Positions 29,283-37,978 of a DNA stretch of 64,000 nucleotides are shown piece by piece. The translations under genes and the position numbers were made by a program. Numbering within the stretch: the stretch's first letter is position 1; every line of letters begins with the position of its first letter. This DNA comes from Candidatus Saccharimonadales bacterium (GTDB lineage: Bacteria > Patescibacteriota > Saccharimonadia > Saccharimonadales > JBBQAJ01): NCBI GenBank assembly GCA_038206875.1, contig JBBRAK010000004.1, forward strand, positions 3,174-67,173, in the 5' to 3' direction. The notes under the pieces were generated by a model that searched no databases, was not told where the DNA came from, and saw only the letters and a program-made list of their open reading frames with translations.

Positions 29283-30052
29283 GTAGCACTGAGGTTATCG
29301 GTATCGTTGGAGTGTATGGTGATTTGGGACGTCAGATGGTTGTGCAGGTAGGGAATGCTTCTCAAAATGTGATAGGATACGATATCCCTAGTGCCGTGCC
29401 AGTGTCAGCACGATTTGGAATAGACTCAAAACTTTCAGCATCTGCGCTGACTACACAGCCAGAATTGGTAGATAATTTAGGGGATTTAATCCATGAGTCT
29501 AGCATAGTTCATTGGTGCGCCCCGATTGGTGCACTAAAATCTCTAGGAGAAGTATGTGAAGATACTATGGTTGTATTACATGATGGTGTGATGCATACTA
29601 GCACTTCAGCAGAGAAAAGATTGCTACAACGGCCAAATTTCGCTGGCCGAATTGCAATAGTGCACTGTTTGATGAATCCCGAGAAGACGGTTATTATTGA
29701 CTCTGATGCACCGGCTATGGAAGAAGCTTTTGAGCACTTCCTTGGTATTGGGCTTAGGCCCGACCTAATGACTGTCGAGGAACATGATTATATGATGGCC
29801 GTAATGCAGGGTCTGTTTGCGGTGGCTATTCAAGGAACAAGCGGTGGACGCTTGGATGAATACCAACTGGCTGGTCGGATGACTCCTTCAGGGTTGCATT
29901 TTAAAGAAGCAAGAGATTCCAGAGATTCTAAATGGACACATCAAACCAAAGAATCTATATTTAGAAACCCCGAACTGAAAAAGCTAGTACGCGTACTTCT
30001 CGATTTGCTTGAAAATCCAAACCAGCCAAGACACGATGAGCTTGACATATAA
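29279..30052 (+). CDS. tyrA: prephenate/arogenate dehydrogenase-like
   Basis: IGIVGVYGDLGRQM (compare TyrA IVGGGGQMGR), IVHCLMNP (compare LHPMFGP), TVEEHDYMMAVMQGL (compare AVEHDQNMAFIQAL). Confidence 0.6.
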   Translation: MSSTEVIGIVGVYGDLGRQMVVQVGNASQNVIGYDIPSAVPVSARFGIDSKLSASALTTQPELVDNLGDLIHESSIVHWCAPIGALKSLGEVCEDTMVVLHDGVMHTSTSAEKRLLQRPNFAGRIAIVHCLMNPEKTVIIDSDAPAMEEAFEHFLGIGLRPDLMTVEEHDYMMAVMQGLFAVAIQGTSGGRLDEYQLAGRMTPSGLHFKEARDSRDSKWTHQTKESIFRNPELKKLVRVLLDLLENPNQPRHDELDI

Positions 30053-30071
30053 ATTGGTAGTGTGATAGTAT
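30042..30071 (+). promoter_or_regulatory. promoter of the trp-operon leader
   Basis: TTGACA (30042-30047), 18-nt spacer with TG (30063-30064), TAGTAT (30066-30071). An ATG lies 7 nt after the -10 box. Confidence 0.6.
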
Positions 30072-30078
30072 TGCTCTT

Positions 30079-30168
30079 ATGTCTAATTTACAAGATGATC
30101 AAATAATACCTAACCTTGGTCAGCAAGGTGCATGGCGAAACTCTCAGGATACATGGGAGTCTATTTAG
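30079..30168 (+). CDS. candidate leaderless leader peptide MSNLQDDQIIPNLGQQGAWRNSQDTWESI (two Trp codons)
   Basis: 29 codons. TGG at 30133-30135 and 30154-30156. Its 3' end (30155-30164) is complementary to the terminator 5' arm (30196-30204). Confidence 0.5.
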   Translation: MSNLQDDQIIPNLGQQGAWRNSQDTWESI

Positions 30169-30197
30169 TTTTGTAAATTTTTAGTAATGCAATTTAT

Positions 30198-30219
30198 AGC
30201 TCCCGAAAGGGAGTTTTTT
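30198..30219 (+). terminator. intrinsic terminator (attenuator) upstream of hyp-trpB-trpA-trpS
   Basis: AGCTCCC GAAA GGGAGTT followed by TTTT. Lies 18 nt before the next ATG, which has an AAGGAG RBS. Confidence 0.8.
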
Positions 30220-30236
30220 AATTTAAGGAGAAAATA

Positions 30237-30710
30237 ATGAGTGAATTTGAACAACAACGAAGCTATGTTAGGTCGTTTGGTCCTTACATAGGAGACGAGA
30301 TTGAGTTTTACCAATCCGATGAAGTTACTAATCAAACAGGTCAGGGACCTAAGGAGTATGTTGCGACATTTTTAGAGCGAAATATGTATTACGGTATTAT
30401 GAATACTTCAGTGAGCGAATATGCTCAAAATCTCTATGCTTTTCCAGCCCCTCCAGATGAGATGAGTCTGCGTGATTACCACCTTCTGGTTCGAAATTTA
30501 GCGATTGGACTATCCTACGAAGATGAACGTTACGCAGAGCTAGAAGCCTTCGTTTTGGGGATAAGAAACGGAACTCTCGAAGAAGATAGAAAAGCAGGCA
30601 AGGCTTACACAGATTTTAACCCGAGTCAAGGCGACTACAATTTTTTTGAACGGGCTAGAACGGCGATTGAAGGCGCGGGCGGATACTGCTCGGATGGAGG
30701 AATGATATGA
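30237..30710 (+). CDS. hypothetical 157-aa Trp-free, Tyr-rich protein; first cistron of the trp operon
   Basis: AAGGAG RBS. ATGA overlap with trpB. No W and 14 Y residues. No recognisable motif. Confidence 0.7.
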   Translation: MSEFEQQRSYVRSFGPYIGDEIEFYQSDEVTNQTGQGPKEYVATFLERNMYYGIMNTSVSEYAQNLYAFPAPPDEMSLRDYHLLVRNLAIGLSYEDERYAELEAFVLGIRNGTLEEDRKAGKAYTDFNPSQGDYNFFERARTAIEGAGGYCSDGGMI

Positions 30711-31921
30711 CGAATAATGCAGGATACTTTGGACAATATGGTGGTAGATATGTTCCAGAAATGCTTCAACCAACTTTGAAAGAGTTGGCTGAAGTCTATG
30801 ACAAGTTAAAGATTGATTCGAAATTTCAACTGGAACTTCAAGAGCTTCAAACACAATATAACTCTAGACCTACACCCTTAGTGTTTGCAAAAAACCTAAC
30901 AGAAAAGGTGGGGGGTGCCAAGATATATCTAAAAAATGAAGGTATGAATCACACAGGAGCACACAAGATAAATCATTGTCTTGGTCAAGCACTAGTTGCC
31001 CGTAAACTTAAAAAGACCCGTCTTATAGCCGAAACAGGCGCCGGCCAACATGGCCTGGCCACAGCGACCATTGCCGCAAGAATGGGCTTCAAATGTACAG
31101 TCTACATGGGAGAGCTAGACATCGACAGACAAAGGCCAAATGTGTTGCTTATGGAACTGCTAGGCGCAGAAGTGATTCCGGTGAAATTTGGTTCACGAAC
31201 ATTGAAGGACGCAGTCAACGCAGCCATGAAAGACTTACTACAAAATTCCGAAACGACACATTATGTAATAGGGTCTTGTCTGGGGCCAGACCCTTATCCG
31301 AGAATGAACCGAGATTTCCAATCAATTATTGGTAAAGAAATTCATAGCCAGCTCAACAAACTTCCAGACTATATAGTGGCGTGCGTAGGAGGTGGTAGTA
31401 ATGCGTTGGGTGCATTCACGGAGTTTATTGACAAGCAATCGGTGAAACTTATCGCAGTAGAAGCTGGTGGCAAGGGTAAACGCATTGGAGAACATGCGGT
31501 GAGGTTTCCATCAGCAAAGGTAGGCATTATTGAAGGATATAAATCATTTTTTCTTCAGGACAACGATGGCAACACCGCAAAAACTCATAGTGTTGCAGCC
31601 GGACTAGATTATATTGGCATTGGTCCAGAGTTAGCCAATCTACACGACAATGGCAGGGTAAAATTTACAAGTATGACGGATATAGATGCTCTACAGGCTG
31701 TACAATTACTCGCAAAAACGGAAGGAATTATACCTGCACTGGAGTCCGCACATGCGGTTGCTTACGGAGCAAAAATTGCCAAAAAATTGCCAAAAAGCAA
31801 ATTAATTGTTGTCAATGTCTCAGGAAGGGGTGACAAAGATATGTTTACACTTGCTAGGCATTTTGATAATACAAAGTTTCAAAAGTTTTTGGCAGAGGAG
31901 TTAACCCGCTATGAAACATAA
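30707..31921 (+). CDS. trpB: tryptophan synthase beta chain
   Basis: GQYGGRYVPEML, NHTGAHKINH, ETGAGQHG, GGGSNA. Confidence 0.96.
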   Translation: MTNNAGYFGQYGGRYVPEMLQPTLKELAEVYDKLKIDSKFQLELQELQTQYNSRPTPLVFAKNLTEKVGGAKIYLKNEGMNHTGAHKINHCLGQALVARKLKKTRLIAETGAGQHGLATATIAARMGFKCTVYMGELDIDRQRPNVLLMELLGAEVIPVKFGSRTLKDAVNAAMKDLLQNSETTHYVIGSCLGPDPYPRMNRDFQSIIGKEIHSQLNKLPDYIVACVGGGSNALGAFTEFIDKQSVKLIAVEAGGKGKRIGEHAVRFPSAKVGIIEGYKSFFLQDNDGNTAKTHSVAAGLDYIGIGPELANLHDNGRVKFTSMTDIDALQAVQLLAKTEGIIPALESAHAVAYGAKIAKKLPKSKLIVVNVSGRGDKDMFTLARHFDNTKFQKFLAEELTRYET

Positions 31922-32705
31922 ATTGATGACGCATGTGGTTGCTGGATACCCGACCACGGATTTATGCATTGAACTGCTGTTGGGGATGCAAGAGGCAGGA
32001 GTCTGTGCTATTGAAGTTCAAATACCGTTTTCTGATCCAAGCGCGGATGGAGCTTTAATAATGCACGCAAATGACGTCGCCATTCAAAACAGAATGACAA
32101 TAAACCAGTGCTTTAAAATGATTCAAAATGCACGCAAAAAGGGCCTGAACATACCCATATATATAATGTGCTATGCAAATAAACTATACAATTATGGGTT
32201 TGAAGTTTTTTGTAAAAACTCGGTCAAATGTGGCGTTTTCGGTTTTATAGTTCCTGATTTACCACATGATACTAACGAATACTCTGAGTTAAGACAATTC
32301 GCAAACACCAATGGAATTGAGATTGTGCCAGTTCTATCACCTGGCATTCAGTCAGATCGCGTAAAAATGTATCAGTTACATAAAACAAAGCTAGTCTACA
32401 TCACAAGTATGAAAGGTATAACTGGCAATAAGTTGATTATACGTAGTGATTTAATACATCTAATTCGTACAATTCGGAAGCAGTCTGATTGTGAAATTGC
32501 CTTAGGATTCGGAATACGAACCATAGTGCACGTCGATATGGCTTTAGAAATCGCAGATATTGCCGTTGTGGGTAGCGAGGTGATTAGGCATATTGACAGA
32601 AACAATGTGTCTGGTGCGATAAAATTTGTTTCACAACTTGTAGCTGGACAGAAATATTCCTCAATATCAGGAAATTCTACTATACTAGGAGATAACGATG
32701 AGTAA
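31911..32705 (+). CDS. trpA: tryptophan synthase alpha chain
   Basis: IEVQIPFSDPSADG, GFIVPDLP, YITSMKGITG, LGFGI. Confidence 0.9.
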   Translation: MKHKLMTHVVAGYPTTDLCIELLLGMQEAGVCAIEVQIPFSDPSADGALIMHANDVAIQNRMTINQCFKMIQNARKKGLNIPIYIMCYANKLYNYGFEVFCKNSVKCGVFGFIVPDLPHDTNEYSELRQFANTNGIEIVPVLSPGIQSDRVKMYQLHKTKLVYITSMKGITGNKLIIRSDLIHLIRTIRKQSDCEIALGFGIRTIVHVDMALEIADIAVVGSEVIRHIDRNNVSGAIKFVSQLVAGQKYSSISGNSTILGDNDE

Positions 32706-33714
32706 ACAAGTGATATTGACCGGACTTCGAGCCAATAACGACCTGCATATAGGAAACTATTTGGGGGCTCTTTTACCAATTGTTGATATGGCAAAAAGAC
32801 AAGCTAGTGAATATCATGTTAACTTAATGATGGCCGATTTGCACAGTTTCTCTACACCGATTGACCATAGCAAACTCCAGGACCAAATCCAAGCAAATCT
32901 AAACGTGTACGTTGCCGCTGGACTGCCACTGGACAATGAAAACATACGTATTTTTCGTGAAAGCTACGTGCCCGCACACTCCGAGCTAATGCACATTTTA
33001 GATGCATTCACTGGAGTAGGTGAAATGGCAAGAATGACGCAGTACAAAGATAAGTCTAAAAAGATTGGTTCTGATAGGGTTAGTGTCGCACTATTTAACT
33101 ACCCAACCCTAATGTCTGCTGATATCTTGCTATATGGAGCTAGCTATGTGCCTGTTGGGGACGATCAATCACAGCATTTGGAGTTTACTCGAGACATTGC
33201 CAGCCGGATGAACAAAAAATTTGGCGAACTCTTTACAGTTCCAAAACCAGTCAATGAGCAACACAAATTCTTCGGAAACGATCAGGGTTTGCGCATAAAA
33301 GATTTGCTTGACCCTACAAAAAAAATGAGTAAATCGGATGAAACAGGAAAAGGAGTTATATTTTTGAACGAAAATCCCGAATCTGCCAAGAAAAAGATTT
33401 TGGGAGCAACAACTGATTCATTTGGTGATGTACAATACGATTTTATCAAACGGCCCGGGGTTAGTAATTTATTGGATATATTGAGACTACTTGGTGGCAA
33501 TCCCGAGGAGTTCATAGGGCAAAAGCAGTACGGACCACTTAAAACTGCAGTCGCAGAAAAAGTCTCAACTTTTCTATCTGATTTTCAGTCTAAATTGTCT
33601 GAAGTAGAAGACAAGACAGTATTAGAGAAACTTGAATCTAGCGAAAAAACCTTGAACTTACAGGCTAATGCTACTCTGCTCAATGTTCAACATGCCGTTG
33701 GCCTCCGAAAATGA
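32698..33714 (+). CDS. trpS: tryptophanyl-tRNA synthetase
   Basis: LTGLRANNDLHIGNYLGA, KKMSKSD. 338 aa. Overlaps trpA by 8 nt. Confidence 0.92.
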   Translation: MSKQVILTGLRANNDLHIGNYLGALLPIVDMAKRQASEYHVNLMMADLHSFSTPIDHSKLQDQIQANLNVYVAAGLPLDNENIRIFRESYVPAHSELMHILDAFTGVGEMARMTQYKDKSKKIGSDRVSVALFNYPTLMSADILLYGASYVPVGDDQSQHLEFTRDIASRMNKKFGELFTVPKPVNEQHKFFGNDQGLRIKDLLDPTKKMSKSDETGKGVIFLNENPESAKKKILGATTDSFGDVQYDFIKRPGVSNLLDILRLLGGNPEEFIGQKQYGPLKTAVAEKVSTFLSDFQSKLSEVEDKTVLEKLESSEKTLNLQANATLLNVQHAVGLRK

Positions 33715-34562
33715 TAACTTCTCCCAAAGTACCCAAACAGCGCCTAGACCACTACTTAGCAGAAAAATACACAGATATCAGTAGAGCTTTTTTGCAAAAA
33801 CTATGTACAAATGACCAAGTATTAGTAAATGGGCGTCCAGAACGTTCTGGTTATAAACTAAAGCCAACAGACAAAGTAGAAGTCATATATGACATGGCAG
33901 GTATAGAAAAAATTGAAGACATTGATTTGCCAATTTTGTATCAGGATGAGAACGTAATTGTGGTAAACAAGCCTGCTGGAGTAATAAGTCATAGCAGGGG
34001 CAAATTCTGGAATGAACCATCGGTTGCCTCGTTTATCAGACAACTGACTAATCAACCCGGGGGCAGAGCAGGGATTGTACATAGATTAGATAGGGCCACT
34101 TCTGGAGTTATGATATGCGCAAAAACACAGTTAGCTATGATAGCCCTTCAAAAGGAATTTGCCGATAGAAAAGTTAAAAAGATGTATGTTGCGGTAGTTT
34201 CTGGCCATCTGGACCCCAGACAAGCGGTAATTGATATGCCAATTGAGCGAAATCCTAAAGCGCCGTCAACATTTAGAGTTGGCTCAAATGGGAAGACAGC
34301 ACAAACGCAATACAAGGTTACTGAGTCATCAGACAAATATGATTTGGTTCAACTTGAGCCTAAAACTGGTAGGACTCATCAACTGAGAGTCCACATGCAA
34401 CAGCAAAAACATCCAATAGTTGGTGATACTTTGTATGGCGGAGAAACCCATGACAGACTTATGCTACACGCGCTACAAATAAAAATTAAGCTACCGAATG
34501 GTAAAGCAACATTGTTTTCTGCACCCATACCAAATGATTTTGGCGAAATGATGAGTAAATAA
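33711..34562 (+). CDS. rluD: RluA-family pseudouridine synthase with S4 domain (RluD-like)
   Basis: HRLDRATSGVMICAKT. N-terminal S4-like RLDHYLAEKY...VLVNGR. Confidence 0.85.
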   Translation: MITSPKVPKQRLDHYLAEKYTDISRAFLQKLCTNDQVLVNGRPERSGYKLKPTDKVEVIYDMAGIEKIEDIDLPILYQDENVIVVNKPAGVISHSRGKFWNEPSVASFIRQLTNQPGGRAGIVHRLDRATSGVMICAKTQLAMIALQKEFADRKVKKMYVAVVSGHLDPRQAVIDMPIERNPKAPSTFRVGSNGKTAQTQYKVTESSDKYDLVQLEPKTGRTHQLRVHMQQQKHPIVGDTLYGGETHDRLMLHALQIKIKLPNGKATLFSAPIPNDFGEMMSK

Positions 34563-34564
34563 TC

Positions 34565-35425
34565 ATGCAGGAACTACTTCTACACCCAACCACGAGACAT
34601 CAGTTAGTTGCACTCCAGCAATCGCTACCGCATGCTGTTTTGATACATGGCAACTCAGGAACAGGCAAAAAAACTATAACGGATGCATTTGTAACCAGTG
34701 TTGTGGGCAATTTAGACAAAAACAATCCAAATATACTACGAATACTTCCAGAAGATGGAAGCATTGGTATTGAACAAGTACGTAGCATTCGCGAATATCT
34801 AAAACGAAAAACACTTGGTAAAAAAGCTGTACGTAGAATTATTCTCATCGTGGACGCACATCTTTTGACAGTAGAGGCCCAAAATGCATTACTCAAAATG
34901 CTGGAAGAACCCCCCGCCGACACTATTGTGGTACTGACCGCAGATGATGCAAGCAAACTTAGGCATACTATACGCTCTAGATCTCAACAGTTGATTGTTT
35001 TGCCAGTCGATCTTGACACTGCAGAACAGTACTTTAGTTTGCAGGGCTTTAAACAGCAGGACATAGTTTCTGCCTATTACATGAGTGACGGGCGAGCAGG
35101 ACTATTGAACGCGATTTTGAATGATTTTTCAGAGCACGAACTGGTTCAAGCAATAGCATATGCAAAAAAACTACTTAAACAATCATCGTTTGAAAGATTG
35201 ACGCAAATTGACGCTATAGTAAAAGACAAGGAAGGCTTAACAGCAAAATTGCTTGGACTAGAACGAGTTGTGGCAAGTGGACTACGACAAGCAGCGGCAA
35301 AAAATGAATATGCGGTAGCTCGAAAATTCTACAAAATTAGCAAGCTTATTGAAAATTCTAAATATGCGTTGGGTGCAAATGGGAATCCAAAATTAATTAT
35401 TTCAGAATTATTCATAAATTTATAG
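34565..35425 (+). CDS. holB: DNA polymerase III delta' subunit
   Basis: HAVLIHGNSGTGKKT, LLKMLEEPP, TIRSR. Confidence 0.85.
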   Translation: MQELLLHPTTRHQLVALQQSLPHAVLIHGNSGTGKKTITDAFVTSVVGNLDKNNPNILRILPEDGSIGIEQVRSIREYLKRKTLGKKAVRRIILIVDAHLLTVEAQNALLKMLEEPPADTIVVLTADDASKLRHTIRSRSQQLIVLPVDLDTAEQYFSLQGFKQQDIVSAYYMSDGRAGLLNAILNDFSEHELVQAIAYAKKLLKQSSFERLTQIDAIVKDKEGLTAKLLGLERVVASGLRQAAAKNEYAVARKFYKISKLIENSKYALGANGNPKLIISELFINL

Positions 35426-35470
35426 AGAAATAGATTTATGCACTAATGCCTGTATAATGAAAAGTATATT

Positions 35471-36124
35471 ATGTATGAATTAGCCCTTCTGGTGGGATTT
35501 GGAATATTAGCATTGCGTGGCATAAGTCTTCGTGATGAGGAGCTTTCCCCTCTCCCGCGTAAAATTAGCGATAAACTTGGCAGGTTGTGGGACATTGCTC
35601 ACCAAGGAATGCGTGAAAATCGATTTCTAAGAGCCGAAAAGGCTTTGTTGTCCATACTCAAGATTGATGAAAAAAATGCCGCTGCCTATAACAGGCTGGG
35701 CATACTATACGCCAAGCAAAAAGAGTACAAAGATGCTATTGACTGTTTTGAAATTGCCTCTTCAATAGAGCCCACTGCCTCGTCACTACATAACCTAGGG
35801 CTTATATATTATGAAACAGAAGATTATCCAAAGGCATCTGCGGCATTTGAACAGGCAATTAACTTAGAAAGCGATTTAGCAGCTCGTCATATTGCTTACG
35901 CAAAAGTTCAGGAGAAACTTGGAAACAGTAAACTGATGTTGCAAGAGCTAGAAATTGCCGTTGAGTTAGAGCCTAACAAAGAGAGCTACGTACTGCTAAT
36001 GAACAGTTACAGAAGTAATGGACAGGCAGAAGACGCTGATTTGATAGAAAGCAAGCTTCAAAAACTTATAACGCCTTCTGGGTCGCCCAAGCGCATTGTT
36101 CGACCAAAAAGAGTCGTTATATAA
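35471..36124 (+). CDS. TPR-repeat protein with N-terminal hydrophobic segment
   Basis: Repeated AxxYxxLGxxYxxxxxYxxAIxxFExA units. TG + TATAAT at 35451-35458 upstream. Confidence 0.8.
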   Translation: MYELALLVGFGILALRGISLRDEELSPLPRKISDKLGRLWDIAHQGMRENRFLRAEKALLSILKIDEKNAAAYNRLGILYAKQKEYKDAIDCFEIASSIEPTASSLHNLGLIYYETEDYPKASAAFEQAINLESDLAARHIAYAKVQEKLGNSKLMLQELEIAVELEPNKESYVLLMNSYRSNGQAEDADLIESKLQKLITPSGSPKRIVRPKRVVI

Positions 36125-36142
36125 CGTAACCCGGTTTTTTAT

Positions 36143-37021
36143 ATGGAAAAAGCAATTGTTAGCGGAGAGGTTGTAGATAAAAACCTTGTGGTCATACCAA
36201 TAGATAATAAAGGGTACTTTTTTGATTTTTGCGTGTATTCGACCATGAAAGTATTGCAAGGCAAGCTTTTTTTCCCGGATTTCCACGCAGAGCGGATTAT
36301 TGAGTCAGCCAACTTGCTAGGTATTAAACACAATTTAAATGTGTCGGATGTTTCTAAATGGCTAGCTAAGCTGGTAAAAGTAAACAAATATGAGAATTCT
36401 TTAATTCGAATGGTACTGGTCGGCGATCCTGATGATGTTGAATACGGTAGTTTATATATTTTTGCGGTAGGCTCACTCACTTTTTATCCTAACAAATTCT
36501 ATACCGGAGGCGTCAAAGTTATCACATATCCAGGTGAACGGCTTGTGCCAAAAGCAAAATCAAAAGACTTACTTTTGTCAGCTCTAGCGTACAGAGAAGC
36601 AAAAAAACACGGTGCATTAGACGCACTACTTGTTGACAATAACGGAAATATCCGAGAAGGAACTAGAACAAACTTTTTTGCAATAAGAGGCAACCAGCTG
36701 ATAACTCCACCTGCTGAGCAGGTTTTGGGTGGGATAGTTCAAAAATTAGTAATAAAACTATCGAAACCTGACTTTGAAATTGTACGTGAAGATATCCCAC
36801 TTCTCAAAATTGAAGAATACGATGAGTTCTTTATGACCAATACGAGCATGAACGTCATGCCTATCAATCAAATAGACGACCATAAGTTTGTTTCAAATTT
36901 TCCAAAAACCAAACAAATCCAAAAACTACTAAAACACTACTACAAAACCAATAATTTGATGCATAGTTATCTACCAACTACGAACGATATTCCGCACCCA
37001 ATAATACCACTATCTAATTAG
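36143..37021 (+). CDS. class IV aminotransferase (BCAT / D-aminotransferase / ADC-lyase family)
   Basis: EGTRTNFFAIRGNQLITPP, VLGGIVQ, fold-type IV pattern. Subfamily not resolvable by eye. Confidence 0.75.
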   Translation: MEKAIVSGEVVDKNLVVIPIDNKGYFFDFCVYSTMKVLQGKLFFPDFHAERIIESANLLGIKHNLNVSDVSKWLAKLVKVNKYENSLIRMVLVGDPDDVEYGSLYIFAVGSLTFYPNKFYTGGVKVITYPGERLVPKAKSKDLLLSALAYREAKKHGALDALLVDNNGNIREGTRTNFFAIRGNQLITPPAEQVLGGIVQKLVIKLSKPDFEIVREDIPLLKIEEYDEFFMTNTSMNVMPINQIDDHKFVSNFPKTKQIQKLLKHYYKTNNLMHSYLPTTNDIPHPIIPLSN

Positions 37022-37682
37022 TGGTCGCTTCGCGGCTTCTTACAAACAGCTCTGCGGTTGAAAAAATAAAGTCCTGGCCGATATGTTGTAGGTCAAAATT
37101 TCGAGCATCCTTTTCATCACGATCATAATGAGTATAATGCCAATTGCGGACTCTATGTGGTACTAAACCAGCGGCAATTGAAGCCGGGACTGCAAAAAAT
37201 AAAAACCTAGCCTTTTGGGTTAATGAGGCATCATCTTGTATGGCAACTCTACCAATTTTTAGAATTAAGTCGCTCATGCGTTGCCTTCTTCGACCCTCAC
37301 CAACCTCTGGACGATCTAAAAAATGTGAAGTTTCGTGGCGTAGAATACTGCTTAGTTCGGGGAAAAACTCCGGATGAATGACTATAACTGAACGACCCAA
37401 CAGATGCATGTCAGGATCTAATTCTTTGCTCCTAAAATTAGTTGTGTAATATCCTTTTATTTCAATGCCCTCAGGGTCAGACAAATCGGGCTGAGGGGCG
37501 AAAACAACGCATAAATCAGTTATTTGCTCATCTGTCGCGCCCTGGGTTCGTAAAAAATCGGAATAGCCTTCAATATCTATACCTATATCCACCAAATTAC
37601 CTACCGGGGTTTCTAAACCATATGTGCTTATGCTAGTTAAAACTGTAGGAGCTGTTTCTGGCCAACCTACTTGAGTCGTCAT
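37014..37682 (-). CDS. hypothetical protein with HExxH motif (putative metallopeptidase)
   Basis: LRHETSHFL. C-terminal hydrophobic stretch FLFFAVPASIAAGLV. Converges on and overlaps the aminotransferase gene by 8 nt. Confidence 0.7.
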   Translation of the reverse strand: MTTQVGWPETAPTVLTSISTYGLETPVGNLVDIGIDIEGYSDFLRTQGATDEQITDLCVVFAPQPDLSDPEGIEIKGYYTTNFRSKELDPDMHLLGRSVIVIHPEFFPELSSILRHETSHFLDRPEVGEGRRRQRMSDLILKIGRVAIQDDASLTQKARFLFFAVPASIAAGLVPHRVRNWHYTHYDRDEKDARNFDLQHIGQDFIFSTAELFVRSREATTN

Positions 37683-37718
37683 AAAACATATTATAACATT
37701 ATGCGATACCTAAGTAAA

Positions 37719-37891
37719 TGGTGCAGGGTGTAAGATATCACCACCTTCGTGGCTCTTTCGCTGTGCCGTGCTCGAAGTAAACTTCTGCGCGTGTGCTCGC
37801 TCCACCGAACCTTAAATTGCTGTGCAATCATGCCCTAGCAGCCCACAGCCTAAACCAATTAAAAAATCCAGCTTTGGCTGGATCTATTAAT
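37719..37891 (-). repeat. insert downstream of tRNA-Tyr ending in an 18-nt copy (17/18) of the tRNA 3' end
   Basis: TGGTGCAGGGTGTAAGAT (37719-37736) versus the tRNA copy at 37892-37909. The interior shares blocks (GCTCG..TAAAC, TTCTGCGC, CCGAACCTT) with the insert at 37999-38148. Confidence 0.75.
37861..37883 (-). terminator. intrinsic terminator after tRNA-Tyr
   Basis: On the minus strand: ATCCAGC CAAA GCTGGAT followed by TTTTT. Confidence 0.75.
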
Positions 37892-37977
37892 TGGTGCAGG
37901 GTGTAGGATTCGAACCTACGAAGGCATAAGCCGACAGATTTACAGTCTGTTGTGTTTGACCGCTTCACTAACCCTGC
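37892..37977 (-). tRNA. tRNA-Tyr (GTA), long variable arm, CCA encoded
   Basis: Manual fold: acceptor GCAGGGT/ACCCTGC, anticodon loop CTGTAAA, T-arm GTAGG TTCGAAT CCTAC. 86 nt. Confidence 0.93.
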
Positions 37978-37978
37978 G

